64,000 bases of DNA from IMG/VR virus record IMGVR_UViG_3300031695_000001; one strand, 5' to 3'. The notes under the pieces are model-generated. The model saw nothing but the letters and a program-made list of their open reading frames with translations. It searched no databases and had not been told where the DNA came from. This stretch comes from a virus. The stretch's first letter is position 1. Every line of letters begins with the position of its first letter. The translations under genes were made by a program, and so were the position numbers. Below are positions 28,506-37,140 of this stretch, piece by piece.

Positions 28506-29465
28506 CTAAATTCCTAGTGCGATTGCAAGCGATGTTGCCGTTGAGTCTACATACTTTTTATTACTTATGTCAGTATTGCCTGTAGGATCACTCGTTACGG
28601 TAGCTGTAGTAAAAGCCGCTGTTGACGGAGTCGTTGCACCTATTGTGGTGCCGTTGATTGTTGTTGCTGTTACTGGAACTGTTGATCCAGTCGGTCCTAC
28701 AATACCAATTTGTGTACTGCCGATAATTACTTCTATTTTATTGCCTGCGTCTAAGACAATATTTGTTCCTGCTTTAAATTCAGCAACACCTAATCCATTT
28801 GCGTTAATACCTGTTGCTGTTATTGTTCCGCCAACAAACATATCTTTAGCTACACTTGCGCCGCCTGCTACAACTAAACTACCTATGCCAATGCCAGTTG
28901 AGTCAGTTGTTGCATTTACTGCTAATGATTGTATTGCTGTTGATCCAGTTACAATTAAGCTACTAAAACTACCAGTGCCTGTTACTACCGGATCAACTAC
29001 TGTAATAGTGCCCTTTGGTGTACCGTCTGCATCACCGTAATATAGTGTAGATGGCGCATCTGCTGGAACTGAGACAACAAGTTTGCCTGTTGTCTTTCCT
29101 TGAGCAGATGCTCCTGTTGTTATAGTATTATCAGTTGCAGTGTGTGCTATTCCTACATTGTATAATGTTGTACCATCTGTGTTTATTAAGTTAAATGTTA
29201 TAGATGATAATGTTAGCGTAAACGAATACGAAGTTCCTCTTGTAAATTCTATACTAGGATTATCTGTTGCCGCTACTGTAAAATCATCACTAGCTAATCT
29301 AAAATTACTAGAAACTTCAGTAGCCGAGTAATCACCTGACGTACTAGATGCGCCTCCGCCAACATATTGCAACGAAGTAACAACAACGTTACCTGCGTTG
29401 TCAACAGTAAACCCTGGACTTTTATATCCAAACTCTGATTCAAATTGACGGTATTCTATAGCCAC
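28506..29465 (-). CDS. virion structural protein (fibre-like)
   Basis: G/T/S-rich, degenerate cupredoxin-like segment (RGTSYSF...APSTLYY), NKKYVD motif, C-terminal LAIALG. Late box at 29488-29494. Confidence 0.6.
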   Translation of the reverse strand: MAIEYRQFESEFGYKSPGFTVDNAGNVVVTSLQYVGGGASSTSGDYSATEVSSNFRLASDDFTVAATDNPSIEFTRGTSYSFTLTLSSITFNLINTDGTTLYNVGIAHTATDNTITTGASAQGKTTGKLVVSVPADAPSTLYYGDADGTPKGTITVVDPVVTGTGSFSSLIVTGSTAIQSLAVNATTDSTGIGIGSLVVAGGASVAKDMFVGGTITATGINANGLGVAEFKAGTNIVLDAGNKIEVIIGSTQIGIVGPTGSTVPVTATTINGTTIGATTPSTAAFTTATVTSDPTGNTDISNKKYVDSTATSLAIALGI

Positions 29466-29504
29466 TTAACATGTCTCCAATTTAATATATTTATCCACTT
29501 ATGG

Positions 29505-29894
29505 TTATGCGTGGCTACGGAAATATGTAGCTGAAAAGAATGCCTTTGCACCTTTGTCAGCGGCTGTTTTAGGGTTTAATATAAGTTGAACATACGAGTT
29601 TGTAACGCTTGTTGTAACGCTAACTATATCGCGTGTTGTACTTGCTCTTCCGTATACTACTACTGATGCGGTATCCGGCGATGCTGTTAGTAATACCTTA
29701 ATTACTTCTTTAACATCTTTGCCGTTTTCAACGTTAATAGTGTATTCAGCAGAGGAAAAATCTCCCATATGCCATTCATCAATAACCAGGTCGCTTTGGA
29801 CTTCTTTCCACATACCTTCGTATGAAAAGTTTATTCCACCCTTCAATAAGATTGTGCTTCGAAGTCCTTTTTTTAGAAATTTAGTTAAATCCAT
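29505..29894 (-). CDS. small virion structural protein
   Basis: 129 aa, FSSAEYTI...VYG beta-rich pattern. Late box at 29919-29925. Confidence 0.55.
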   Translation of the reverse strand: MDLTKFLKKGLRSTILLKGGINFSYEGMWKEVQSDLVIDEWHMGDFSSAEYTINVENGKDVKEVIKVLLTASPDTASVVVYGRASTTRDIVSVTTSVTNSYVQLILNPKTAADKGAKAFFSATYFRSHA

Positions 29895-29927
29895 TATAGT
29901 ATCCTAATATCTACAATGTATTTATCG

Positions 29928-31739
29928 CTATTCCTTATTGGCAACAGTTACAAGTTTACCAAATTCTGGCAAATATAAGTATTCTATATCACTTTGCTTT
30001 AATGTCCAAATTGCATCTTCTATAGTTTCAACAAGTGGTTCACCGCCTAAGTTAAAGCTAGTGTTGAATATTATCGAACACCCTGTCTTTTCTTTAAACG
30101 CCTTAATTAAACTATAATAGTTTGGATTTTGTTCTTCAGTTACTGTTTGTATTCTGCAAGTTCCGTCAACATGTATAATACTAGGTATCTTTTCTGCAAT
30201 GCCTGGTTGGCAGTTAACAGCATACATCATATGCGGACTATCTTCCATGCCACGTAGATCAAACCATTCGTGTACGTCTTCTGCTAGAATAGAGCCTGCA
30301 AATGGACGGAAGTATTCTCGGTGCTTAACATCATTAACATAGTCTTTGCCGTCTTCAAATGTAGGATCAAATAACACGCTTCTATTACCTAATGCACGTG
30401 GCCCGTTTTCACTTCTTCCTTGGAACAATGTAACAATATTTTTCTTAGTTAACAGATCAACAATATCTTCGTTAGTTGCGTCGGTAATAGTTACACCGTC
30501 TACTGTAGTCTTATCAATAATATCTTTTTCAGTATAGTTATTGTTAGGACCTAAGTACAACGATTGTGTTTGTACAACTTTTGAATCTTCTTCTAAGCCG
30601 TACCAAAACATCATTGCCGCGCCCATTGCTGTACCTGCATCATTACTTACTGGTTCAACATATACTTCAATGCCTTCGTCTTTAAGTGCTTCTAAATAAT
30701 GATAATTAGCAACACAGTTTAATCCGTAGCCGCCGCTTATTACTACTTTCTTTTTACCAGTCAGTTCAACAGCATTTCTAATTAAATTTGTAACTTGATC
30801 TTGTGTTTGTGTCTGACACGCATATGCCATATCACGTCTGCTATCTAACAACGTTAAGTCGTCTTTAGTTTCCATTTGATTAACTTCATTTAAGAAGTCG
30901 TATATTCCACTGTTTACAATAGCACCATTTGGGTAATTAGGAACAATTACATTTCTGTTTGATAGTGGGTAAATTGACTCTTCGTCAAACAACTTAGGTA
31001 TAGCATCGTTAGGCTTACCATATGGAAATAATCCCATAGTTTTTCCAGCTTCTATTCCGCTCCATCCACAGTATTGTGTAACTGCTTCGTATACTTTAAC
31101 AATACCTGCTCTGTCACTTACTATTGCATCGTGCATCCCACCGTTTTCACCAAACATGTCTGACGGCATTTTTGTTAAGCCGCCCGGGATTGGTTCTCTA
31201 GTTCCGTATACTTTAAATTTAGTATTAAATTCTGCAGGGTAATCGCAGTCAATAATGCTTTCTACTTCCCAGCTCATCACTTGCTCGTTGTTAATACTTA
31301 ATGGTATAAATGTGCCTGCTCCGTCGACGATTACACTTACTGCGCTATCAAACCCGCTTCTGTAAAATCCACACGCCGAATGTAGTTTGTGGTGCATAAA
31401 TGCTAAGTCAATAACCTGAGGATGTTCGTAAGATGTTGAATTTGATTTTTGATCAATTAATCCCAATTTACGTGCTAACCCGGTATACATATCATCTCCG
31501 CTGTAGTCAATTTTGCCAGCAGTTTCTTTTAACGGTTGAGTATGTGCAACTACTAAGTAGTCAATTTTATCAGTATAATCTAAAATTTTAACCATACTTG
31601 CAAATGGCCCGCCATCATACTTTTGCCTAGACAACCGTTCTTCTTCAATAGAAAATACAACTTCGCCGTCTTTAAGTAAACATACACCACTGTTGTGGCC
31701 TCTTGCTATTCCCGCGATCCAAATTGGTTTCTTGCTCAT
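29928..31739 (-). CDS. carbamoyltransferase (NodU/CmcH/TobZ family)
   Basis: GHNSGVCL, EEERLSRQKYD, HHKLH, VDGAG, GKTMGL.PYG, SGGYGLNCVAN, DAGTAMGAA, GRSENGPRALGNRS, KHREYFRPFA, HVDGTCRIQTV, NTSFNLGGEPLV. Confidence 0.92.
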   Translation of the reverse strand: MSKKPIWIAGIARGHNSGVCLLKDGEVVFSIEEERLSRQKYDGGPFASMVKILDYTDKIDYLVVAHTQPLKETAGKIDYSGDDMYTGLARKLGLIDQKSNSTSYEHPQVIDLAFMHHKLHSACGFYRSGFDSAVSVIVDGAGTFIPLSINNEQVMSWEVESIIDCDYPAEFNTKFKVYGTREPIPGGLTKMPSDMFGENGGMHDAIVSDRAGIVKVYEAVTQYCGWSGIEAGKTMGLFPYGKPNDAIPKLFDEESIYPLSNRNVIVPNYPNGAIVNSGIYDFLNEVNQMETKDDLTLLDSRRDMAYACQTQTQDQVTNLIRNAVELTGKKKVVISGGYGLNCVANYHYLEALKDEGIEVYVEPVSNDAGTAMGAAMMFWYGLEEDSKVVQTQSLYLGPNNNYTEKDIIDKTTVDGVTITDATNEDIVDLLTKKNIVTLFQGRSENGPRALGNRSVLFDPTFEDGKDYVNDVKHREYFRPFAGSILAEDVHEWFDLRGMEDSPHMMYAVNCQPGIAEKIPSIIHVDGTCRIQTVTEEQNPNYYSLIKAFKEKTGCSIIFNTSFNLGGEPLVETIEDAIWTLKQSDIEYLYLPEFGKLVTVANKE

Positions 31740-32603
31740 TTAAAATCCTCTGTATCTGTTACCTTGCCACTCGGGCAAGTTATTATATATTGTTTCACAA
31801 AATAAATTAAAATCTCTGTGAGTCTCTTTATACATTGTGTTAACTTTATCTATCCAAATTTCTGTTTGTTTGCTTAGATCCTGGCTATTTTTAAGTTTTG
31901 GTTTAACTTGTGTTAGTAAATATTCTGCATGTTGATTTATGCTAGGATGTCTGTCAGTAACAAACACTCCGTTGTCATTAAACTTAAAATGACTAAGTTT
32001 GCTATTCCACGCTGTAGTACCTACTGGAGCAATCCAGTTGTCGTCTGCATTTATTAAATCTTTGTATATAGATAATTCAGGAATATCTTTCCATATGTTA
32101 CTAGTAGTACCTACTTCGCCCATTCCTGCGTCTGGATAGTCTGAGTTCATTTTTTCAATTTCGCCCATGCTAGTCATAAACCAATTACATTGTAAACTTT
32201 TTAAAAACCCTTGGGCTAATAAAATATTATTCAGCATATGCAGTGTGTAACTAGTCTCGTCCCAAAATGTTTTAATCCAAGTATCATTGTACGTTTTAGC
32301 ATTAATATAATTAAATATACTTCCGCAAGTTTTCCAACCTACTCCGTGACTACATCCTTCTCGACGATTGTCAGTAGTATGATAATCGTTTCGCAAATGA
32401 CTAGTCCATTGTACAATTACAGTATCGGTTGACGTGAGGTGTTGTCTTGCATGTAGTTCGGTTAGGCGTTCGCATATTGCACGATTGCCTAACCCTGGAT
32501 ATCCCCAGTTTTCGTATGTGTCGTATTCAGTTCCTAGCATGTCAGCCCAAGTTGGCCAAGCATAATTACTAAAACTGCATCCTAATACGAATAGTCGAGA
32601 CAT
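31740..32603 (-). CDS. SGNH-like hydrolase/acyltransferase
   Basis: LFVLGCSFS...WPTWAD, NWGYPGLGN, VQWT, C-terminal DRHPS. Confidence 0.6.
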   Translation of the reverse strand: MSRLFVLGCSFSNYAWPTWADMLGTEYDTYENWGYPGLGNRAICERLTELHARQHLTSTDTVIVQWTSHLRNDYHTTDNRREGCSHGVGWKTCGSIFNYINAKTYNDTWIKTFWDETSYTLHMLNNILLAQGFLKSLQCNWFMTSMGEIEKMNSDYPDAGMGEVGTTSNIWKDIPELSIYKDLINADDNWIAPVGTTAWNSKLSHFKFNDNGVFVTDRHPSINQHAEYLLTQVKPKLKNSQDLSKQTEIWIDKVNTMYKETHRDFNLFCETIYNNLPEWQGNRYRGF

Positions 32604-33673
32604 TACTTAGAGCTTTTAATATTAAGTTCAGCGTCGACTACGTCTGCTATGTTTTCAAATACTGCGTCAACAGTATCATCATCTATAACTTTAGGCAGTT
32701 GTCCTGCACCTACTTCTGGCTCTTCATCATGCCCAGTGTGTACAAGCGTACCATTAACAACACCAACCACATAATCAACAATATTACTATCCATTGACAT
32801 TAAACTTTCGTTATGTCGATTAGTTGACTCTTCTTGGGTAATACGAATAGGATCATATATCCTGTCAGATTCGCCTAGGTCTAATACGTTAAAGTTTTCA
32901 GCGTCTGGATATGACACATTTATTGGGAAAGTAGATCCATGTATTGCTGTAGTAGTTGTACCTACACAATACGATAAGTGTTGTCCTACACTATCGCATC
33001 CTAAGAAGTGATCAGCGTATTTAATCATTGATGCCCATTGTCTTATATTCAACCCTTCGGGCATAGCTATTTCATTTTTTAAGCCTTCACCTTTAAGGTC
33101 AATTTTAAGTTCACTCATCATAACAATAGCATAATCCTTTTCTAGTTTTTTGAGCATAGTCTTTAGATCTTTAAACTCAAAACTTCTAGCAGTGTGATCA
33201 ACCGGTGTGTCGTCGATAATTTCAATACCACGGCCAAACGGCTGTATTACTAATAGCTTATCTTTTTTGATTTTTTCTTTAACTTCGTTGACTAACTTAC
33301 GGCCCACAAGTAGTTCTTCTTTACTAAGTTTCATTGTAGGTCTAGGTAGCTCACGTACACCTTTGCCATTTAGTTCAATGTCAAACGCTTGTGCTAAACT
33401 ACACTTTTGATTATAGTATTCCCAAACCCTGTACGGCTCTGGATATGATACATCTCTGTTTTTTAGAACATCTTTAAATAAGTTTTTATGCCAAGGATCA
33501 TATGCCCTAGCATCTAATGTTGGATGTCCTTTAAACATGTCTGTGCCACCTTCGCACACGATGACAAATTCAGTATCACCTGACTCTTGTTCGTATAATT
33601 CTAATGCGGGTATGGAACACAGCATTCTACCTGCGCCGCCATTTAAAAAAAATGCTTTTGATCTTGTTGTCAT
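32603..33673 (-). CDS. GT-B glycosyltransferase, GT9 (ADP-heptosyltransferase)-like
   Basis: N-terminal FLNGGAGRMLCSIPAL, VIQPFG, C-terminal IKYADHFLGCDSVGQHL (GT9 DS-x-x-x-H motif), HGST. Confidence 0.7.
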   Translation of the reverse strand: MTTRSKAFFLNGGAGRMLCSIPALELYEQESGDTEFVIVCEGGTDMFKGHPTLDARAYDPWHKNLFKDVLKNRDVSYPEPYRVWEYYNQKCSLAQAFDIELNGKGVRELPRPTMKLSKEELLVGRKLVNEVKEKIKKDKLLVIQPFGRGIEIIDDTPVDHTARSFEFKDLKTMLKKLEKDYAIVMMSELKIDLKGEGLKNEIAMPEGLNIRQWASMIKYADHFLGCDSVGQHLSYCVGTTTTAIHGSTFPINVSYPDAENFNVLDLGESDRIYDPIRITQEESTNRHNESLMSMDSNIVDYVVGVVNGTLVHTGHDEEPEVGAGQLPKVIDDDTVDAVFENIADVVDAELNIKSSK

Positions 33674-33691
33674 TTTACTCTCTTACTCCAT

Positions 33692-33747
33692 AAAAAAAGA
33701 CTGGGTCTACTAGTATATATCAACCACATACTAGTGACCCAGTCTTT
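33692..33747 (-). terminator. long intrinsic terminator hairpin with embedded promoter-like box
   Basis: AAAGACUGGGUC-ACUAGUAU-N11-AUACUAGU-A-GACCCAGUCUUUUUUU: about 20-bp stem plus U7. Confidence 0.8.
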
Positions 33748-33773
33748 ACTGGATTGAGAGAAACTTCTTTAGT

Positions 33774-34469
33774 TTATTCTTGGTCTGGCATCTCAAAGTA
33801 AGGAAGTACTGCACTTGGAAATGGTATTTTCCAATGATTAATTCCTGCATATCTTACATCTGCAACAACTACTTTAAGCCAAGCAGTATAATCAACTAAT
33901 GTTTGACGATCTTCTGCTGTCAAGACATTGTTAGCTTCGTCCAATAATGCACCATCAATAGTAGCTGCCTGTCGGCGTGCCCCGGCAATCACTGACGCTC
34001 TATCGTTAACGTGTGTTCTAAACGTAGGTCCTGACCAGCCGTCACCGACTATGTCATTTAGTAACGATTCGCCCCAGTGTAAGTGGGCAAGCATGCCAGA
34101 TGTACCTTCGTATTGATGAGTCCACGTCCATTCGTTGCCGTCAGCATCTTCAATATTTTCTTCGTAATCTGCTATATCTGCATGCGTATATTCATGTGTA
34201 ACATATGCACAGCGCATTGCGTTGGCAGCACTAGAATGTGCATCTACTGTACAATAAAGATAGTCGTCTTGTTCAAAATATGATTCATCAAGACTTCGAT
34301 CATCAGCTTTGTCGCCACGTCCGGCTTCTCTGCATTGAAAGTCATCTTTATCAATTTGCATTAAGACATATCTAGGTCCTGTATAAGTACATTCAAAAGA
34401 CAAGCCGGATTCGGTTGTCGTATAGTATGGTTGGTCTGGTAAATTTACCGTAAATGTTTGGTTAGCCAT
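33774..34469 (-). CDS. hypothetical acidic protein, possible tail-fibre assembly chaperone
   Basis: Follows the Cys-rich pair. The C-terminal 'L.DY..WLK...HWKIPFP' resembles Tfa-like chaperone ends. Late box at 34492-34498. Confidence 0.45.
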   Translation of the reverse strand: MANQTFTVNLPDQPYYTTTESGLSFECTYTGPRYVLMQIDKDDFQCREAGRGDKADDRSLDESYFEQDDYLYCTVDAHSSAANAMRCAYVTHEYTHADIADYEENIEDADGNEWTWTHQYEGTSGMLAHLHWGESLLNDIVGDGWSGPTFRTHVNDRASVIAGARRQAATIDGALLDEANNVLTAEDRQTLVDYTAWLKVVVADVRYAGINHWKIPFPSAVLPYFEMPDQE

Positions 34470-34497
34470 TTTTGTTTCTCTCCGTTTTAATTATTTA

Positions 34498-35457
34498 TTA
34501 AGTTGCCACAAATCTAATTTTGATTATGGAATCTCCGCCAGCCCAACCGTTATCTCTAACGCCTGAACAAGGCATAGCTGGTGCGCCACCATGACCGTGT
34601 GGTACATACATTGTACAACCTAACGTATCATAACAACCGCAATGTCTTACTCCGTTCCAACAGTTAGTCCATGGTGACCCTTGTGTTGGCATTCTGCTCA
34701 TTGAGTTTAGTGCTTGTAAGTAACCTGAAAATCCCATGCCTGACCAGTTTGACATACCGTTGTCACTTTCTTGTGCATATGAAAAGACTCCGCCGCCTTC
34801 ACTATGGTATCCTGGCGGAATAGCTACGTGATGCGATGTACTACAGTTACAGTTTGGATAACAATGCCAGTAAGTAGTACAACTAATATTGCCCATTTTC
34901 TGAACATCGCCGCCGTATGCACATGCACACCAAGCACTCGGACAGTGGTTACATATTAATCCACAGTAACTACCGTACTGAGTAGAGCAAAACCCGTTTG
35001 CACTCATACAACACCAACGTGCTGTACTTGTTGAACAAAAACTAGTTCCTGATCTACCGCCTTCTGCACATATACAACCGCTTGTGCCGTTGCCATTCCA
35101 ACATAACATTCCTGCTTCTGAACAACCTCTGTTACATATTTGGCTTGCATTCCTGCAACTCTTTCCTGCATGCATACATATCCAACAGCCTGCTGCCATA
35201 GTTAAATTATTTTTCTTAACATACGCTCCAGAATTTCCTGGTAGCGTTGCTGAACAACAGCACATTCTAGATCCGCTGCCACCTGCTCCGATAACTTCTA
35301 CGTCAACAGTGCCTGCCGCTGGTGCAATCCAGCAATGACACCCACCTTGTGTAGTGTATTCAACTACTGTTGAAAACGCAAACATTTTTCCTGGTTCTAG
35401 GTTATCTTCAAGTGCCGGTGGTGACCGAGTTTGTAATATTGATGCTAATGTTGCCAT
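34498..35457 (-). CDS. Cys/Gly-rich virion protein, paralogue A
   Basis: EVIGAGGSG glycine-rich fibre-domain motif, MCCC, about 31 Cys in 319 aa (hand count), GG..IIKIRF end. Confidence 0.75.
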   Translation of the reverse strand: MATLASILQTRSPPALEDNLEPGKMFAFSTVVEYTTQGGCHCWIAPAAGTVDVEVIGAGGSGSRMCCCSATLPGNSGAYVKKNNLTMAAGCWICMHAGKSCRNASQICNRGCSEAGMLCWNGNGTSGCICAEGGRSGTSFCSTSTARWCCMSANGFCSTQYGSYCGLICNHCPSAWCACAYGGDVQKMGNISCTTYWHCYPNCNCSTSHHVAIPPGYHSEGGGVFSYAQESDNGMSNWSGMGFSGYLQALNSMSRMPTQGSPWTNCWNGVRHCGCYDTLGCTMYVPHGHGGAPAMPCSGVRDNGWAGGDSIIKIRFVAT

Positions 35458-35465
35458 TGTGTCTC

Positions 35466-36422
35466 CTAACTCTCTATAAACTTAATTCTAATTGCGCCCA
35501 TACCACCTCGATGAGCGTGGTCTCTAACACCCGGACAAGGAAATGGTCCGTGACCTCCTACACCGTATGGTACATTACTTTGACAACCGTTTGAGTTATA
35601 GCAACCGCAACTGTTGTCACTTGTGTAACATGCTTTCCATGGTATACCTGAACCTGGTGTTTTGCCTGCGCCTGCTAACATAGCAACTGTTTGTCCATAA
35701 CCCATGCCGCTCCACTTGGATGCTGACGTATCGTTTGAATTTGCAAATCCAACAACGCCTCCGCACACAGCTATCATTCCTGGGGGGAATGCAACATATG
35801 ATCTAGTTTGACATATACACGCCGGATAACAACCCGTAAACGCCATACAACTTATGTTTCCGCATATATTAACATCGCCGCCATACGCAATTGCGTCATG
35901 CTGGCCGCTACACTGATTACATATCATACCGCACTGTGGTCCTATGTTTGTTCCACAAAAACCGCCTGCAAGGAAACAGCAATACATTGATGGGGTTGTT
36001 GAACAATAACTAACGCCGCCTTTGCCGCCTCTAGCGCACATGCAGCCGTTTGTCGAAGTACTAGTCCAACACACTGTTGAAGGTTCTGAACAACCTCTAA
36101 AACATAGTGCATCGGAGTTTCCGCAAGCAAATCCCGTACATCCCCACATAAACTGACTTGTTGTCATGTTTATTACTTTCTTAGCATATGATCCCGAGTT
36201 GCCTGGAATACCTCCACCACAACAACACATCTTTGCTCCACTGCCGCCTGCACCCCAAACTTCTATGGTTGCAACGCCAGTTGCCGTAGGACACCAGCAC
36301 CAACACTTACATGCTTTGGTGTAAGTATTGCCTTCTGCAAAGCTATATATTCTACCAGTCTCGAGGTTTTGCTCGCTTCCGCTTGGAACTTTAGCTTTTA
36401 ATAATGTTTCTAATGATGCCAT
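35466..36422 (-). CDS. Cys/Gly-rich virion protein, paralogue B
   Basis: EVWGAGGSG, MCCC, about 32 Cys in 318 aa, GGMGAIRIKF end. Confidence 0.75.
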   Translation of the reverse strand: MASLETLLKAKVPSGSEQNLETGRIYSFAEGNTYTKACKCWCWCPTATGVATIEVWGAGGSGAKMCCCGGGIPGNSGSYAKKVINMTTSQFMWGCTGFACGNSDALCFRGCSEPSTVCWTSTSTNGCMCARGGKGGVSYCSTTPSMYCCFLAGGFCGTNIGPQCGMICNQCSGQHDAIAYGGDVNICGNISCMAFTGCYPACICQTRSYVAFPPGMIAVCGGVVGFANSNDTSASKWSGMGYGQTVAMLAGAGKTPGSGIPWKACYTSDNSCGCYNSNGCQSNVPYGVGGHGPFPCPGVRDHAHRGGMGAIRIKFIES

Positions 36423-36450
36423 ACTTATTTTCCTTTGTAATAACTTCTAC

Positions 36451-36783
36451 TTAAACTGCGCCAATGATCCAACCGTATGTGCTGCCACTATACGTTAGTG
36501 TAACAATTGCTCCTGCTACGTCAATAATTAAGTCTTCAGTAGCTCCGTTAATTTTAGCACTATTTCGGCCTATTGTTATAGAATTACTGCTTGCATTACC
36601 TGCAATATCCAATACCTGTATTGAGTCGCCAGTAAGTACTGTTGCAACTGCTGGCAATGTAATAGTGAATGCACTACTAGCAACGTTTGCCAGTATTCTG
36701 TCGTTTACTACAGCACTGTATGTAGTACTAACTTCTCTGTTAGTAACTCCAGCTGTACCAATTGTTGTAATATATCTTCCCAT
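36451..36783 (-). CDS. small tail-fibre-associated protein (T4 gp34-repeat-like domain)
   Basis: AFTITLP...GDSIQVLD..G....NSITIGRN..KING...DL...LTY....GW pattern. Confidence 0.6.
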   Translation of the reverse strand: MGRYITTIGTAGVTNREVSTTYSAVVNDRILANVASSAFTITLPAVATVLTGDSIQVLDIAGNASSNSITIGRNSAKINGATEDLIIDVAGAIVTLTYSGSTYGWIIGAV

Positions 36784-36807
36784 GGTTGTTTTCCTTTATC
36801 CTTTAAA

Positions 36808-37128
36808 TTACGCTGTTGAGGTCTCAATGCCCATGCACACTGCTGATGCGTTTGCCGCACTACAATATGCTACTATATTTTGTGTAGCCGCTAATACTAT
36901 ACCAGTTCGTTCTAGTACACCCTTAGCAAGTATTTCTACATCATACTCAATGTATTCAGCGTTCGTTGGTGTGCCGGATGCTGAAACTGCTATGCGCATT
37001 GTTACGGCTTGGTTGCCTCTGTTAACGATATTTAAACTTGCAATAGTGTATGTGTCTGCCGGAGCAGTATATACCGTTGTATTCGTTGCCGCACTCATAT
37101 CGTTTGCGCCTAATCTTCCTGTTGCCAT
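36808..37128 (-). CDS. small virion adaptor-like protein (family with 48216..48545 and 59621..59959)
   Basis: 106 aa all-beta; TTVYTAP, NIVN, IVL motifs. Confidence 0.6.
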   Translation of the reverse strand: MATGRLGANDMSAATNTTVYTAPADTYTIASLNIVNRGNQAVTMRIAVSASGTPTNAEYIEYDVEILAKGVLERTGIVLAATQNIVAYCSAANASAVCMGIETSTA

Positions 37129-37140
37129 TCTTTTTTCTCC

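Noticed and set aside
34498-36422. Cys-rich proteins as eukaryotic contamination, c-type cytochromes or RiPP precursors
   Set aside because: They have phage-type RBS/late boxes and a Gly-rich fibre scaffold. They lack repeated CxxCH motifs and signal peptides, and are far too long for RiPP precursors.
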